This document shows positions 24,601-33,983 of a stretch of 52,654 bases of DNA, in pieces; position 1 is the first letter of the stretch; each line of letters opens with the position of its first letter. The notes under the pieces were generated by a model, which did no database searches, was not told the DNA's origin, and saw only the letters and a list, made by a program, of their open reading frames with translations. Where the stretch lies: IMG/VR virus record IMGVR_UViG_3300048025_000051, positions 1-52,654 of that record, one strand, 5' to 3'. This stretch comes from a virus. Taxonomy: Duplodnaviria; Caudoviricetes. Made by a program: the position numbers and the translations under genes.

Positions 24601-27600
24601 TGATTTTGTTTAGCAACGCTGTCAGCATTTATTTTAGACTTGTCTAGTTTAACACCTAACTCTTCAGCTAGCGACTTACCTGTATCGTAGTTTATAATAC
24701 TATTTAAATCAATACCAGCTTTTACAAAACGTATAGCTGGGTTTTGTAGTATAGTATAACCCTGTGGTAGTGTTGCGTCTAGCTTTGCTAAGTCTAATTT
24801 AAAGTCATCAGCTTTAGATAATCTAGTTTGGTAGTAATTACTTTTAATAGCTGGCATTACAATATTTGTAGTACCATTTGACAAAGCAAATATAATCGAT
24901 GCACCTATAACTGAGGCTGGTGGATTATGCTCTTCTCTATACTTATCACCTTTTCGTTGTTCTGGTTTAGCTCCTTTAGGCGCGTACTTTTCAGTTAAAG
25001 ATTTATAATTAAATGGCGCAGCTATCTTTATTAATCCACTAGTTGCTTGATAACCTTGAACTATAATCATTGCCGCTAAAGATTTTGGCATACCAGCCTT
25101 AACAGCCTTGTCAAGTCTTTCAACGACACCTTCTAAAACTTCCATGTTAACTTTAGCTTGCGCTTTACCATCTTTAGTATCAGCTTTTTCAACGCTAACT
25201 CTTATAGCTTTAGGTTGTTTCTTACCTTTTAAATTTACTTCTGCAGCTTCTAAAGCTTCAAGATAAGAAGGATCTGTTGTGCCATAGTACAACCTACCTC
25301 TTTGCGGTAAAAGATTAGTTACACCAGTTGGAGGTACAAAACTTTTTCCTAGCTTACCATTCTTTAATACTTTTCTCTCGCCTTTAACCCAGTTGCCATC
25401 AGTTAACTCATACCAGTAATCACCTTTTTTACCCTGTATGTTTTGAGATTTTAAATAATCATTAAGCTTTTTAGCTAAAGGTACTAATTTTCCATTTTTG
25501 CTTTTGCCAACTTGAACTCTAGTAGAACCACTAGAAGTAAACGCTCCAGCTAAAATATCGTTAGGTGTTAATCCGTATTTCTTTATAGCTTCAAGAAAAG
25601 TTTTTTGTATTTCAGCTCTATTTTCATCGCTTACACTAGCACTATCTAAACCTAAAAGATCTAATACTTGATTAATATTTCGAGCTACAGATACATCTTC
25701 TAATATACTAGTTTGTTTAGGTGTAAGACTGAATTTAGCACCAGCTCTAATTCTTTTTGGTTTACTAGGTATGGCGTCTTCAACCATACGGTTTCTAATA
25801 CTAGTATTAAATAAACCCCGTATAGTCTGACCGACTCTGTCTCTGTATATAGGCTTAACAGGTTTCTCTCTAATAAGATTTAAATAATCTTTTAGCGTAC
25901 CTGTTAGCTCACCATCTGTATACAAAGCATTCATTACATTGTTAGGTATAAACGTAGCCTTGCCAAAATCATCTTTTGTTCTTGGTAATCTAGCAAAGTC
26001 ACTAGTAGCGTTATCTATCAAGTATTGCTTTATACGTGTTAAACCTTCACTGTCTTTCTTAGAGTAGTTACGTTTTTTATCATATATAGTTTCTGGATTT
26101 ACACCAAACATTTTACCATATATTTCTGCAATAGCAACAGGTACGTTTTTAGTTTGACCAAACCTTGTAACCTCTTGACCTTCAAACGCTTTGTTAGTAG
26201 CGTCTGATATTTGTTTTTCAGCTTCAGCTTTATTTTTTACACCTAAGTTAGTTAACACCGTATCGCTAAACCTAGTTGTTTCAGTAGGTTTTTTAGGACC
26301 TTTAGCTTCTTCAGTAACTTCTACTGTAGCTTCTTCAGCTACAACGCTTTTAGCTTCTGTAACGTCAGCTGTAAACTCTTGACCTAAAACTCTATTAGAA
26401 GCTTCAATAGCTCTAGCTGGTAGAAACTTATTTATGTAAGCCGCTAATGGTACACCTGAATTAGGATCATACTCATTAATTAAATCTATTATACCACGCT
26501 TACCTGTTTCTATTTCGTCTGTAAGTAGTTGTCTATCAAAATTAGGCGCTTCAGCTCTACGCTGAACTAATCTAGATGTTATAGGTTTAAATTGTTCTAT
26601 AATGTCAAAAGCACCAGCTACACCTTGCTGGTTATATATGTCTTGAACACGCTGCGAAGATTGCTCTCGAGGTGTTAATGAAGCCGCTGCTCTAATTTCT
26701 ACATCTTCAACTGCTTCTGGTTTAGTTTCTTTTACTTGCTTACCCTCTTGTATTTGCTGTACGTCTGTAACGCTTAAAGTACCTTCTTTTAGTTTAGTAC
26801 CTAACGTTGTAAGAAAATCTACAACATTTGTTTCATCTGTTAAATTAAAACTTGTTTGATTATCTGTAGCTTTTTTAATAGAGTTGTTTATACCAAAATT
26901 TAAAAAGCTTAGTAATCCTTTATTCTGTTCAGCTTCTAAGTCTAATCTACCTGAAGATACTTCTTCTAAGAAATTAGTTAAAACTTCATCTGCATCTTGA
27001 CCTCTTGTTCTACGCTTTATTCTTCTATAAGCAGATGGGTTTGACTTTTCAAGATAATTCATTACTGTCTTTGATAGACCGTCAAAGTCTTTAGGATTAG
27101 AACTTAATCCTTCTGTAAATAACGTATGGCCAATCTCATGTATATTTGTACCTGTTTTACCATTAGCTATAGCATTTTCTTTCACTACAACTATATCGTA
27201 TGTAGTTTTACCTGTCTCAGTATTACGCAATGATAAGTTAACACCATTAGCAGAACCAGATTTTACGTTTTTAGTAAACTGCGCTAATTGTTTTTTAGCA
27301 TCTTCTTCTGTAAGTCCACTGTTTGGGTCTGCAAGTCTAGCATCTAGCATGTCGCTGAATGCATCTATAGCTTCAGCTTTAGTTTCAGCTACAAAAGAAT
27401 TTTGATCAACACCAGCTTCACTTAATGCTTCATTTGCTTTTAAACTTTGCTCTATGTTTGCGTCAAATGTATCTGTTTGCCAAAGCTTTTCAGCTCGCTG
27501 CTGTAACTGTAAGTTTGTAAACTCTCCACCTTCTTGCTCTAACTCAACTTTAGCTCTGTCAATATATTTATTACGCTCAGCTTTAGGTAATAAATCTATG

Positions 27601-30029
27601 TTAATCTTATAGTCTTTTCTAAAGTTATCTCTAGCTAATTGTTCAAATTCAAACTCAGCGTGTAGCCCTGCTAATATAGGTTTTTTTTGTGCGTCGCTTA
27701 GCTCATTACTTTCAAGTATTTGTTTTGCTTTAAGTCTTAATTGCTCTTGCCTTTGTGTTGCTCTTGCGTATAAATCAAAGCCTTCAGTAGTTAAATTAGC
27801 TACAACTTTTTCTTCTACTTGTTTTATTATTTCGTTGTTAGCATCGTTTAACTCTGCTACTTTTTGCTGTATTATTTTATATTCTGTAGTTCTTTTGTTT
27901 AGACTTAAACCTATCTCGTTTAACTCAACCATTTCATCTAGGTTCTTTCTATAGCCTTCAAAGCTATTATAGTCAGATAAGTTTGACAAAACCATACCTT
28001 TAACAACAGGAACAGAGTTTAAACCAGTACCTATAAAAGCACCGTCAAACATTCCTTGAGGTACATTGTCAAATATACTTACACCTTCTTTACCTCTACC
28101 TATGTCAATAATGTTCTGAACAAAAACAGTTCCACCTTCTGAAAGAGGTTCAACGATAGCACCATCAACACCAGCTCTTGTAAATTGTTTTCTAAAGTGA
28201 TTTTTAAAACCCTCATTAATTAAACTTCTTTTACCTATTAAATCAGCAGCATTAAATCCTCTTTTTAAGGCAAAAAATGTAGGTGCAAAACCTAACCCAA
28301 CTTCTGCAGAAGCAAATCCTAAAGCAACAGCCGCTTTGTAGTGTGTAGATCTATCTGTACCGAGTAACTCTTCTTCTTCATCTAATAATCTTCGTTGATC
28401 ATCATATGAGCTAGCGCCAATACCTATCATACCTGGGTACATACCAGAAGCTAACATTGTAAATGTACCAGCTTGCCCTACTGTTTGCTGTAAAGCATAC
28501 TCGCCAAAATTTTCCAAGCTGTTAAAAGCGTCATCAAAAGCAACATCGTCTTTGTACTTTTTTCTGTACATGTCTTCTGCTTTTTCAACAACATCAGTAG
28601 TAAAGTCTGTAATAGCATATGGATTTATAGGCGACGTATTTCTTATTACGGTTTCTATAACATCTTCGTCAACACCAAACAGTTTGTTTAAAGCTATTTC
28701 ATAAGAGTCGGTAGCTATTCTAGTAATACCACCTGCTAGCTTATAAGGTATAGAACCCATTTGAAGTTGTATATTGGCGCCGGCTTTTTGTAATGTACTG
28801 TAATTCTTTTTCAAGAATTCTAATTCAACTTCAGCTTCGTTTAGCCCTACAGGTATTTCGTTTATTTCTTTTTCTAAACCAGCCAGTGTACTACTTACCT
28901 CTTGATTTTCTTTAACTAGATCTTTATATAAATTGAAAGTTGCTTTTGGAACTTCTTTACCTGTAGACAGCACAACTGTCTCAGCGTTTCCAACAGCTTC
29001 TTTGTATTTATTTACGAGGTTATTATATAAGTCAACACTAGCTTGCGTAGGTAAGTTTTCTGGATCACCTAATTCATTTATTCTCTGCAGATATACATCA
29101 GCGTTTTTAGCGCTATTTAATCCACTTAAATCAAACTCATAATCAGGATCATCAAATCTAGCTGATATGTTTATTAAGTTTACGCTATTGGGGCTATCTT
29201 TATATTTGTTAAATATAGTTTGATACTGATCAGTTGCTCCTGTAAGTTTCTTATCTAACTTTATATACTCGTCAACCTTGTAAGGTACAAGTTTTTCTCT
29301 TTCTTCGTTTGGTATTGAATCTAAATACTCTGTAGACTTCCTTTTTTTAACGTCATATCTGTATTTATTTTTTATATTTTTTTCAGCAAGCTTACGTATT
29401 TGCTCATTACTAGGCTCTTCAACACCCTGTTCCACTAGCATTTCTTTAGCGTCGAATAGCTCTTGCTCATGTGGTTGCACTGTGTCCATTAAGTTACCTG
29501 CTTCATCATAGTCAGGTCTATACGTTAAATCAAACTCCTCTACATACTCACCAGTTGTAGGGTTTTTCCAACGAGGATCAAATACAGTTTTTATTAGATT
29601 TTCGTTTGTTTCAGGATCATACGGTTGTAGTTCTCTGCCAACACCTTTAGGTGTAAAATCTATAGGGTTATTTAAAAAATCATTATCAAGTTGATTAAAA
29701 GCCATTGCCTCTTCATAATCTTGCTCAGACTTTAAATCCGTTTTTGGCTGTATAGCTTTTAATTCTTTTTTTCTAGTTTGAGCTCTACTACTACGCTTTG
29801 GTTGTGATTCCGAAGAAATATCTACCGATTCTAATTCCATACTCTCGGGTGCTTGCCCGGTTATCGGTGTTACAGTTGCACCCGTTTGCGCAACACCGTT
29901 TGCATTTCCCTTGTCTTCAGTTTTGACAAGACCGTACTCACTTACGTACTCACCTAAAGACATGCTAGACTGCTTTGCAGCTTCTTCAACTTGCTGTAGT
30001 GAATACTGTTCGCCGTTTAATTCAAACAT
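21681..30029 (-). CDS. Giant multidomain probable internal virion/ejection protein (zincin HExxH, sigma-2-like, HAD phosphatase domains)
   Basis: 2782 aa; last of three genes after the tail nozzle; HEIGH, YDPNSGVPLAAY, DFDDT/LTAR/FADD motifs. Confidence 0.75.
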   Translation of the reverse strand: MFELNGEQYSLQQVEEAAKQSSMSLGEYVSEYGLVKTEDKGNANGVAQTGATVTPITGQAPESMELESVDISSESQPKRSSRAQTRKKELKAIQPKTDLKSEQDYEEAMAFNQLDNDFLNNPIDFTPKGVGRELQPYDPETNENLIKTVFDPRWKNPTTGEYVEEFDLTYRPDYDEAGNLMDTVQPHEQELFDAKEMLVEQGVEEPSNEQIRKLAEKNIKNKYRYDVKKRKSTEYLDSIPNEEREKLVPYKVDEYIKLDKKLTGATDQYQTIFNKYKDSPNSVNLINISARFDDPDYEFDLSGLNSAKNADVYLQRINELGDPENLPTQASVDLYNNLVNKYKEAVGNAETVVLSTGKEVPKATFNLYKDLVKENQEVSSTLAGLEKEINEIPVGLNEAEVELEFLKKNYSTLQKAGANIQLQMGSIPYKLAGGITRIATDSYEIALNKLFGVDEDVIETVIRNTSPINPYAITDFTTDVVEKAEDMYRKKYKDDVAFDDAFNSLENFGEYALQQTVGQAGTFTMLASGMYPGMIGIGASSYDDQRRLLDEEEELLGTDRSTHYKAAVALGFASAEVGLGFAPTFFALKRGFNAADLIGKRSLINEGFKNHFRKQFTRAGVDGAIVEPLSEGGTVFVQNIIDIGRGKEGVSIFDNVPQGMFDGAFIGTGLNSVPVVKGMVLSNLSDYNSFEGYRKNLDEMVELNEIGLSLNKRTTEYKIIQQKVAELNDANNEIIKQVEEKVVANLTTEGFDLYARATQRQEQLRLKAKQILESNELSDAQKKPILAGLHAEFEFEQLARDNFRKDYKINIDLLPKAERNKYIDRAKVELEQEGGEFTNLQLQQRAEKLWQTDTFDANIEQSLKANEALSEAGVDQNSFVAETKAEAIDAFSDMLDARLADPNSGLTEEDAKKQLAQFTKNVKSGSANGVNLSLRNTETGKTTYDIVVVKENAIANGKTGTNIHEIGHTLFTEGLSSNPKDFDGLSKTVMNYLEKSNPSAYRRIKRRTRGQDADEVLTNFLEEVSSGRLDLEAEQNKGLLSFLNFGINNSIKKATDNQTSFNLTDETNVVDFLTTLGTKLKEGTLSVTDVQQIQEGKQVKETKPEAVEDVEIRAAASLTPREQSSQRVQDIYNQQGVAGAFDIIEQFKPITSRLVQRRAEAPNFDRQLLTDEIETGKRGIIDLINEYDPNSGVPLAAYINKFLPARAIEASNRVLGQEFTADVTEAKSVVAEEATVEVTEEAKGPKKPTETTRFSDTVLTNLGVKNKAEAEKQISDATNKAFEGQEVTRFGQTKNVPVAIAEIYGKMFGVNPETIYDKKRNYSKKDSEGLTRIKQYLIDNATSDFARLPRTKDDFGKATFIPNNVMNALYTDGELTGTLKDYLNLIREKPVKPIYRDRVGQTIRGLFNTSIRNRMVEDAIPSKPKRIRAGAKFSLTPKQTSILEDVSVARNINQVLDLLGLDSASVSDENRAEIQKTFLEAIKKYGLTPNDILAGAFTSSGSTRVQVGKSKNGKLVPLAKKLNDYLKSQNIQGKKGDYWYELTDGNWVKGERKVLKNGKLGKSFVPPTGVTNLLPQRGRLYYGTTDPSYLEALEAAEVNLKGKKQPKAIRVSVEKADTKDGKAQAKVNMEVLEGVVERLDKAVKAGMPKSLAAMIIVQGYQATSGLIKIAAPFNYKSLTEKYAPKGAKPEQRKGDKYREEHNPPASVIGASIIFALSNGTTNIVMPAIKSNYYQTRLSKADDFKLDLAKLDATLPQGYTILQNPAIRFVKAGIDLNSIINYDTGKSLAEELGVKLDKSKINADSVAKQNQLVADVIDGKRTPQNAQKYLNEYTKLDEKVKVSYSNTKKLPADIRLEDPSTFDSFGMVDIVARQMFPEQANSDAVKSGRITSYEALDPEQQLKVAENVPGTPVEKTIAIMKMSDTAIDNARDANAESKGISVWDFDDTLATTKSNVLYTMPDGTEGVLNAEEFAKQGDELLQQGAEFDFSEFEKVTEGGKGPMFEKAVARNRKFGNNNVYILTARTQAAAEPIHQFLKAIGLDIPLKNIVGLGNSTPEAKATWVVSKAAEGYNDFYFADDAYKNVKAVRNALNVLDVKSKVRQAYVKYSNSEALDKGFNDILEQTTGIASEKEYKKVKAEVAGASLGRVFRGVPYSAQDFVGLLYETLSKGKLGDAQMAWYKTHLLNPYARAVNDIDNARLAVMADYRALKKQLGFVPKNLRAKVPGEPFTREQAVRVYIWNTQGYDVPGISKQDLKELTEYVTENADLQVFADQVIAIQKGEYTKPKEGWPAGTITTDIQESINTGVRAKYLTQWQNNVDVIFSEKNMNKLEAVYGKKWRKAMENMLGRMKTGRNRNFSDDSLTARFTDWLQGSIGAIMFFNSRSALLQNLSSINFLNFTDNNPLAAAKAFANQKQYWSDFSKLINSDFLKARRSGLRMNVNEADIADMAKKGGPRAVISKLLQFGFTPTQVADSFAIASGGATFYRNRIKSLMKQGMSQAEAETQAFEDFRETAEESQQSSRPDRISMQQAGPLGRLILAFQNTPSQYARIIDKSVRDLKNNRGDRKTNVSKIIYYSTVQNLLFNALQQAVFAMAFDDEEPTDTEKKDKYIGIANGMADSLLRGTGVAGGVLSVTKNAIIRIIEESQKKNPNYEKVGADLQRIAPPISSKLSKINQAARSFKWDKDEMINGGWGLDNPAYLAVGNVVSATTNLPIDRAVKKINNLTKASDSELETWERLALLGGWQDWEIGIKEETKKNKPQPRKTRQTKRRSKERKTTNR

Positions 30030-30033
30030 AATT

Positions 30034-31677
30034 TTATTGTTTTTTAATAGGTAAATTACCTGTAGATATTTCCGGTAAATTAGGTACGTTAGTTATTTCT
30101 ACATTTGCTGTAGGTTTAAAACTAGTACCTGTTTCTAAAAATTTCAAAGCGGCTTTAACTTCGCCGTCTGTAGCACTATCAAATATAGTCACAGATCTAT
30201 CAGCTCCTTCTACAGATTTAGTAAGTTTTCTAGTATCTTCCCCACCAACAGTTTCATCTTTAGATACAGTAACATTGTATGGAGGTCTAGAAACTAACTT
30301 TTCTAAAATATTTAAATTTAAAAGACCTCTCTCTGATTCTACACCTTCAAGCGAAGGTCCTTCAACAAATGCAGAGCTAATGTCTAATTCTTCTATATTT
30401 TCTACAGCAGCTTTATCTTGCGTTTGTTTTTCAGTAGCTTTCTTCTCTGCAGCTGTAGGTTCTTTTGGTTTTTCTATTTCTATTTTACTTGTTTTAATAA
30501 CTTTAGGTGATAAGCTTTTTAAAACTAAAGCTGTATTATATTCATCAAAAGCTTTACTAAATTTACTAATAGACTCTTCATTAAACAAACTGCTTGTGTT
30601 ACCACCACCTACGGTAAGCTCATCGTCCATTGGTTTACCGAATATATTATGATAAACTATGCGGGCTTTTTTAGGATCATCTAAGTATGTTTTCTTAATA
30701 GCTTCTAAACTAGATTTTGTAAGAGTATTTATTCTACTAACATCTGTATTTTGCATTACAAACTCTAAGGTGCCTTGATCATTTGTTTTTATAACAGTGT
30801 CAGGTGTTCCATCTTCTTTAGTGTTTAAAAACTCATCTTGAAGTTGTCCGTCTTTTAATATTTTAGATGACTCGTATACATCTAATACTTCATCATCAAA
30901 CATAGGAACTCTTTGAGGATCGTAATCTAAAAGCTCTAAAGCGTTTACATCCATATTATCACTCACTTGTTCCATGTAATTACCAGCTATTGGATTAAAA
31001 ACAGAAACGATTTTACCAGCTTCTTTGTTTTTTCTTTTTATTTGATCACTAGTTAGTTTAACTCTAAATTGACCATTATCATCTTCATACCACAAGGCGT
31101 CACTTCCACGTGTTGCTCCAAATAAAGATGGCATACCTAAGTTATATGTTTGGTTGTAAGAATCACCCGCTAAAGCTACACCTCCTTGCCTTCCAGCTTT
31201 GCTACCATCTTTAATTACATCGTCGCTGTAAGTAGAACCAGCATCTTTCATCTTACCTATTAACCCTCGATACTGCACTAGCTTACCAGTAAGCTTACTA
31301 TATAATCCTTGGTAGTAAGATCTTTCTTTATTTGTTTGTGACTTTTTAATTAAACCATTCACTTTAGATCTTTCACTGATAATATTATAACCTAAATCAT
31401 AAAATGATTTATTATTTATACCAGCATCTTGCATTTGAATCATTAACTCTTCAGACTGTTCTTGTTGAAAGTTCCAATCCTCTTCAATGTCTTTCCTCGC
31501 TTGCTTAAGCTCGGCATTTTCACGTTTAGTTACAGCGTTAATAGACTCGGCTATCCTAGCACCTGCTTCAGAAATAGTTTTAGCTTGGTAAAAACCAGAT
31601 TTGTCTAATACAGTTTGCGGGCTTTCATAAGCTCCACCCGGACTTCTATATACACCTGAAAATTTAGGTAATGCCAT
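30034..31677 (-). CDS. Probable internal virion/ejection protein
   Basis: 547 aa; position equivalent to podovirus ejection genes. Confidence 0.55.
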   Translation of the reverse strand: MALPKFSGVYRSPGGAYESPQTVLDKSGFYQAKTISEAGARIAESINAVTKRENAELKQARKDIEEDWNFQQEQSEELMIQMQDAGINNKSFYDLGYNIISERSKVNGLIKKSQTNKERSYYQGLYSKLTGKLVQYRGLIGKMKDAGSTYSDDVIKDGSKAGRQGGVALAGDSYNQTYNLGMPSLFGATRGSDALWYEDDNGQFRVKLTSDQIKRKNKEAGKIVSVFNPIAGNYMEQVSDNMDVNALELLDYDPQRVPMFDDEVLDVYESSKILKDGQLQDEFLNTKEDGTPDTVIKTNDQGTLEFVMQNTDVSRINTLTKSSLEAIKKTYLDDPKKARIVYHNIFGKPMDDELTVGGGNTSSLFNEESISKFSKAFDEYNTALVLKSLSPKVIKTSKIEIEKPKEPTAAEKKATEKQTQDKAAVENIEELDISSAFVEGPSLEGVESERGLLNLNILEKLVSRPPYNVTVSKDETVGGEDTRKLTKSVEGADRSVTIFDSATDGEVKAALKFLETGTSFKPTANVEITNVPNLPEISTGNLPIKKQ

Positions 31678-31745
31678 AGTTTTTAATTATTATGTTTGTA
31701 CACCTTTTGGTGTTAAAGTTGATACAGGATTTACAGTGTTATTAC

Positions 31746-32405
31746 CTACCCTTGATTTCCCATGAAGGCAGACGCCACATTTCCCAAAGCACCTGTAACA
31801 GCACTTTGTGTAGCGCTAGCTTGTCCAAGTAGGTTAGCCTCTTCCTGAGCTTTACCTGTTATCTGAGCTTGTAATCTATTCATATCTGCAAGATCTCTTT
31901 GTTCTTGTTGACCGTAAACAAACTCTTTACCCATGACATCTGCTTGTTGCATACGTTGAGCTTCAGCCATTTTCTCTTGCTGCATTTGAGCTTCGCCTTG
32001 GGCTGCTAGTTGTTGGTTGTTTGCTTCTTGCCTTTCGATACTAGATGATACATCTTTTTTACTTCTAAGAGCTGCTTGAGCTAGAGCAGTTGCCCCACCA
32101 GCACCAGCGCCTGTAGCTGCTAATGTATCTAAAGTATTAGCCAAAGATATATCAGCTTCTTCAGCTTGCATCTCTGCAGCTTGAGTGGCTACTCCTATAT
32201 TTTCATAAGGATTAGTTATCATGCTTGACAAGTCTTGAACGTCAGCATAAGGGTTAATTATATCTTGTCTTTTAAAGTTGTCTAATTTGTTTTGTAGGTT
32301 TCTTTTTTCATCTGCAGCTCTTCTAGCAGCTTTCTTTTTTCCACCACCGAACAAACCACCTATCAATGTTGAACCTAAAGAGAGACCTATTGATAATGCA
32401 TCCAT
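31746..32405 (-). CDS. Probable small ejection (pilot) protein
   Basis: Gly-rich hydrophobic N-terminus, Ala/Gln-rich helices, GAGAGGATALAQAA. Confidence 0.65.
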   Translation of the reverse strand: MDALSIGLSLGSTLIGGLFGGGKKKAARRAADEKRNLQNKLDNFKRQDIINPYADVQDLSSMITNPYENIGVATQAAEMQAEEADISLANTLDTLAATGAGAGGATALAQAALRSKKDVSSSIERQEANNQQLAAQGEAQMQQEKMAEAQRMQQADVMGKEFVYGQQEQRDLADMNRLQAQITGKAQEEANLLGQASATQSAVTGALGNVASAFMGNQG

Positions 32406-32422
32406 AACGTTTTATTTATTAT

Positions 32423-33943
32423 TTAATATGATGATTGTACATAGTTAGATGATACTGCAAATAATTCTTTCAGTCCACCTATATTAGTTCCTGATGTAGC
32501 TTGATTTGTGTTAGCGTCTATAACCATATCTGTAGATATTGTTACAGTAGCAAAGAATCCTTTTATACCTGTTAATTGAGATCCAAATCGAACTTCACCT
32601 TGCGTAGCTGTACTGTTGTTAACTAAGTAAGCTACATACTTATTTTCTTTTCTATCAAATCCAGCATGGTATCTATTCAAAGCTGGATTAGTTGTTCCAA
32701 ACGTAGTCTGATAATCTGCTCTAATAACAGCTTGCCCGTCAGCGGGGTTTATAACGTATTCACCACCCTCGTAACTTCTAATGACACTACTAGTGTCTTG
32801 AGTTTGAGAGTACGTAGAATCAAATTGATCTTCACCTGTGAATCCAGAAGCGAAGCTTGTTACTTGAAAACCATTACCACCTTCATAACTAACTGTGTTA
32901 AAGTTTTTTACTAAGCTAACATTTGGATTAAATAAAAATGTTATAGAAGTATTATTATCTTTACCATAAAAATTACCTCTATTAACGCTGTTGCTATAGT
33001 GAAAATATAGTTTGTTATCTTTTAAAGAATAAAAATTATTTTTTAAACTAAATATTATATCTGGATCGTAAGTAAAGAAACTTGTCCAACCTCTAACGCT
33101 TTCGTCAAAAGATAATGTTTCATAAGAGTTGTCAGTTGAGTTTATATTAGTTGTAGTGGAAACAACATATTGACTATTGTGTATATCCCAACCGCCTATT
33201 ACTCTACCAGAGCCTTGAGCGTCGTCCATGTTATTGAATCGATCTCTAAAGTAATCTCTCATACCATAACTAGATAATTCTGTTATACCATCTTGAGACA
33301 ATCTTAACACTACATTTTGTGTCTTATCTGTAAAGTATTTTCTATAACCATAAACAGCAAAGCTACCTGGATCTTTACTTATTCCAAATTCACCTGCGTA
33401 TGGTAGTATTTGACCTATAACTAAATTAAGTTGGCTAACAGCTGTACCACCACCTTCTGCAGTGTATATAGCGTCCTTGTCTATTAAAGCTCTATTAACT
33501 TTATTTTCTTGAAATATAATTAAGTTAGTATCTTCAGCATACAGTTTCTGTATAGTACCTTTAGATGGATCAAGAGATTTGGTTATATCTTTACCAACAG
33601 AAAAAACATTTGAATTGTTTACTCCAGTTCTTGAATTAAATATACCAGAGTATATAAGAGAACTACCTCTTATAAAACCGTTTGTTTCTTCCTCTACAAG
33701 ATAAGCTTTAACGCCGTAGTCAACATTAGTATTATTGTAGCCACCTGTGATTCTAGCTTCTTCAATAACCCAGCTAGAAACGTCGTCATATCCACCACTT
33801 TGGTACGATATAGATGGGTAACCACCAATATTTTGAGGTATACCTTTAGAACCATCATACGCTGGAGCGTTAACTCCAGTTGTAGAATTAGTCTTCTTAA
33901 GTAGAAAAGAGTTGAAGAATTTTATTTCAATTACTGCACTCAT
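32423..33943 (-). CDS. Tail nozzle/stabilisation protein, C-terminal-type part
   Basis: AGEFGIS, YFTDK, VLRLSQDGITELS, TLSFDESVRGWTSF, KENKY, as in P22 gp10-like/crAss muzzle proteins. Confidence 0.65.
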   Translation of the reverse strand: MSAVIEIKFFNSFLLKKTNSTTGVNAPAYDGSKGIPQNIGGYPSISYQSGGYDDVSSWVIEEARITGGYNNTNVDYGVKAYLVEEETNGFIRGSSLIYSGIFNSRTGVNNSNVFSVGKDITKSLDPSKGTIQKLYAEDTNLIIFQENKVNRALIDKDAIYTAEGGGTAVSQLNLVIGQILPYAGEFGISKDPGSFAVYGYRKYFTDKTQNVVLRLSQDGITELSSYGMRDYFRDRFNNMDDAQGSGRVIGGWDIHNSQYVVSTTTNINSTDNSYETLSFDESVRGWTSFFTYDPDIIFSLKNNFYSLKDNKLYFHYSNSVNRGNFYGKDNNTSITFLFNPNVSLVKNFNTVSYEGGNGFQVTSFASGFTGEDQFDSTYSQTQDTSSVIRSYEGGEYVINPADGQAVIRADYQTTFGTTNPALNRYHAGFDRKENKYVAYLVNNSTATQGEVRFGSQLTGIKGFFATVTISTDMVIDANTNQATSGTNIGGLKELFAVSSNYVQSSY

Positions 33944-33945
33944 TA

Positions 33946-33974
33946 ATTATCACTTATTTATATTATTTATTACT
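33946..33974 (-). promoter_or_regulatory. Putative class-II promoter
   Basis: AGTAATAA-N12-AGTGATAAT in the intergenic gap. Confidence 0.35.
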
Positions 33975-33983
33975 AAACTAAAG

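Noticed and set aside
24915-24945. REEHNPP as an HNH-like nuclease motif in the giant protein
   Set aside because: A single short motif with no confidently placed downstream Asn/His; not supportable without a profile search.
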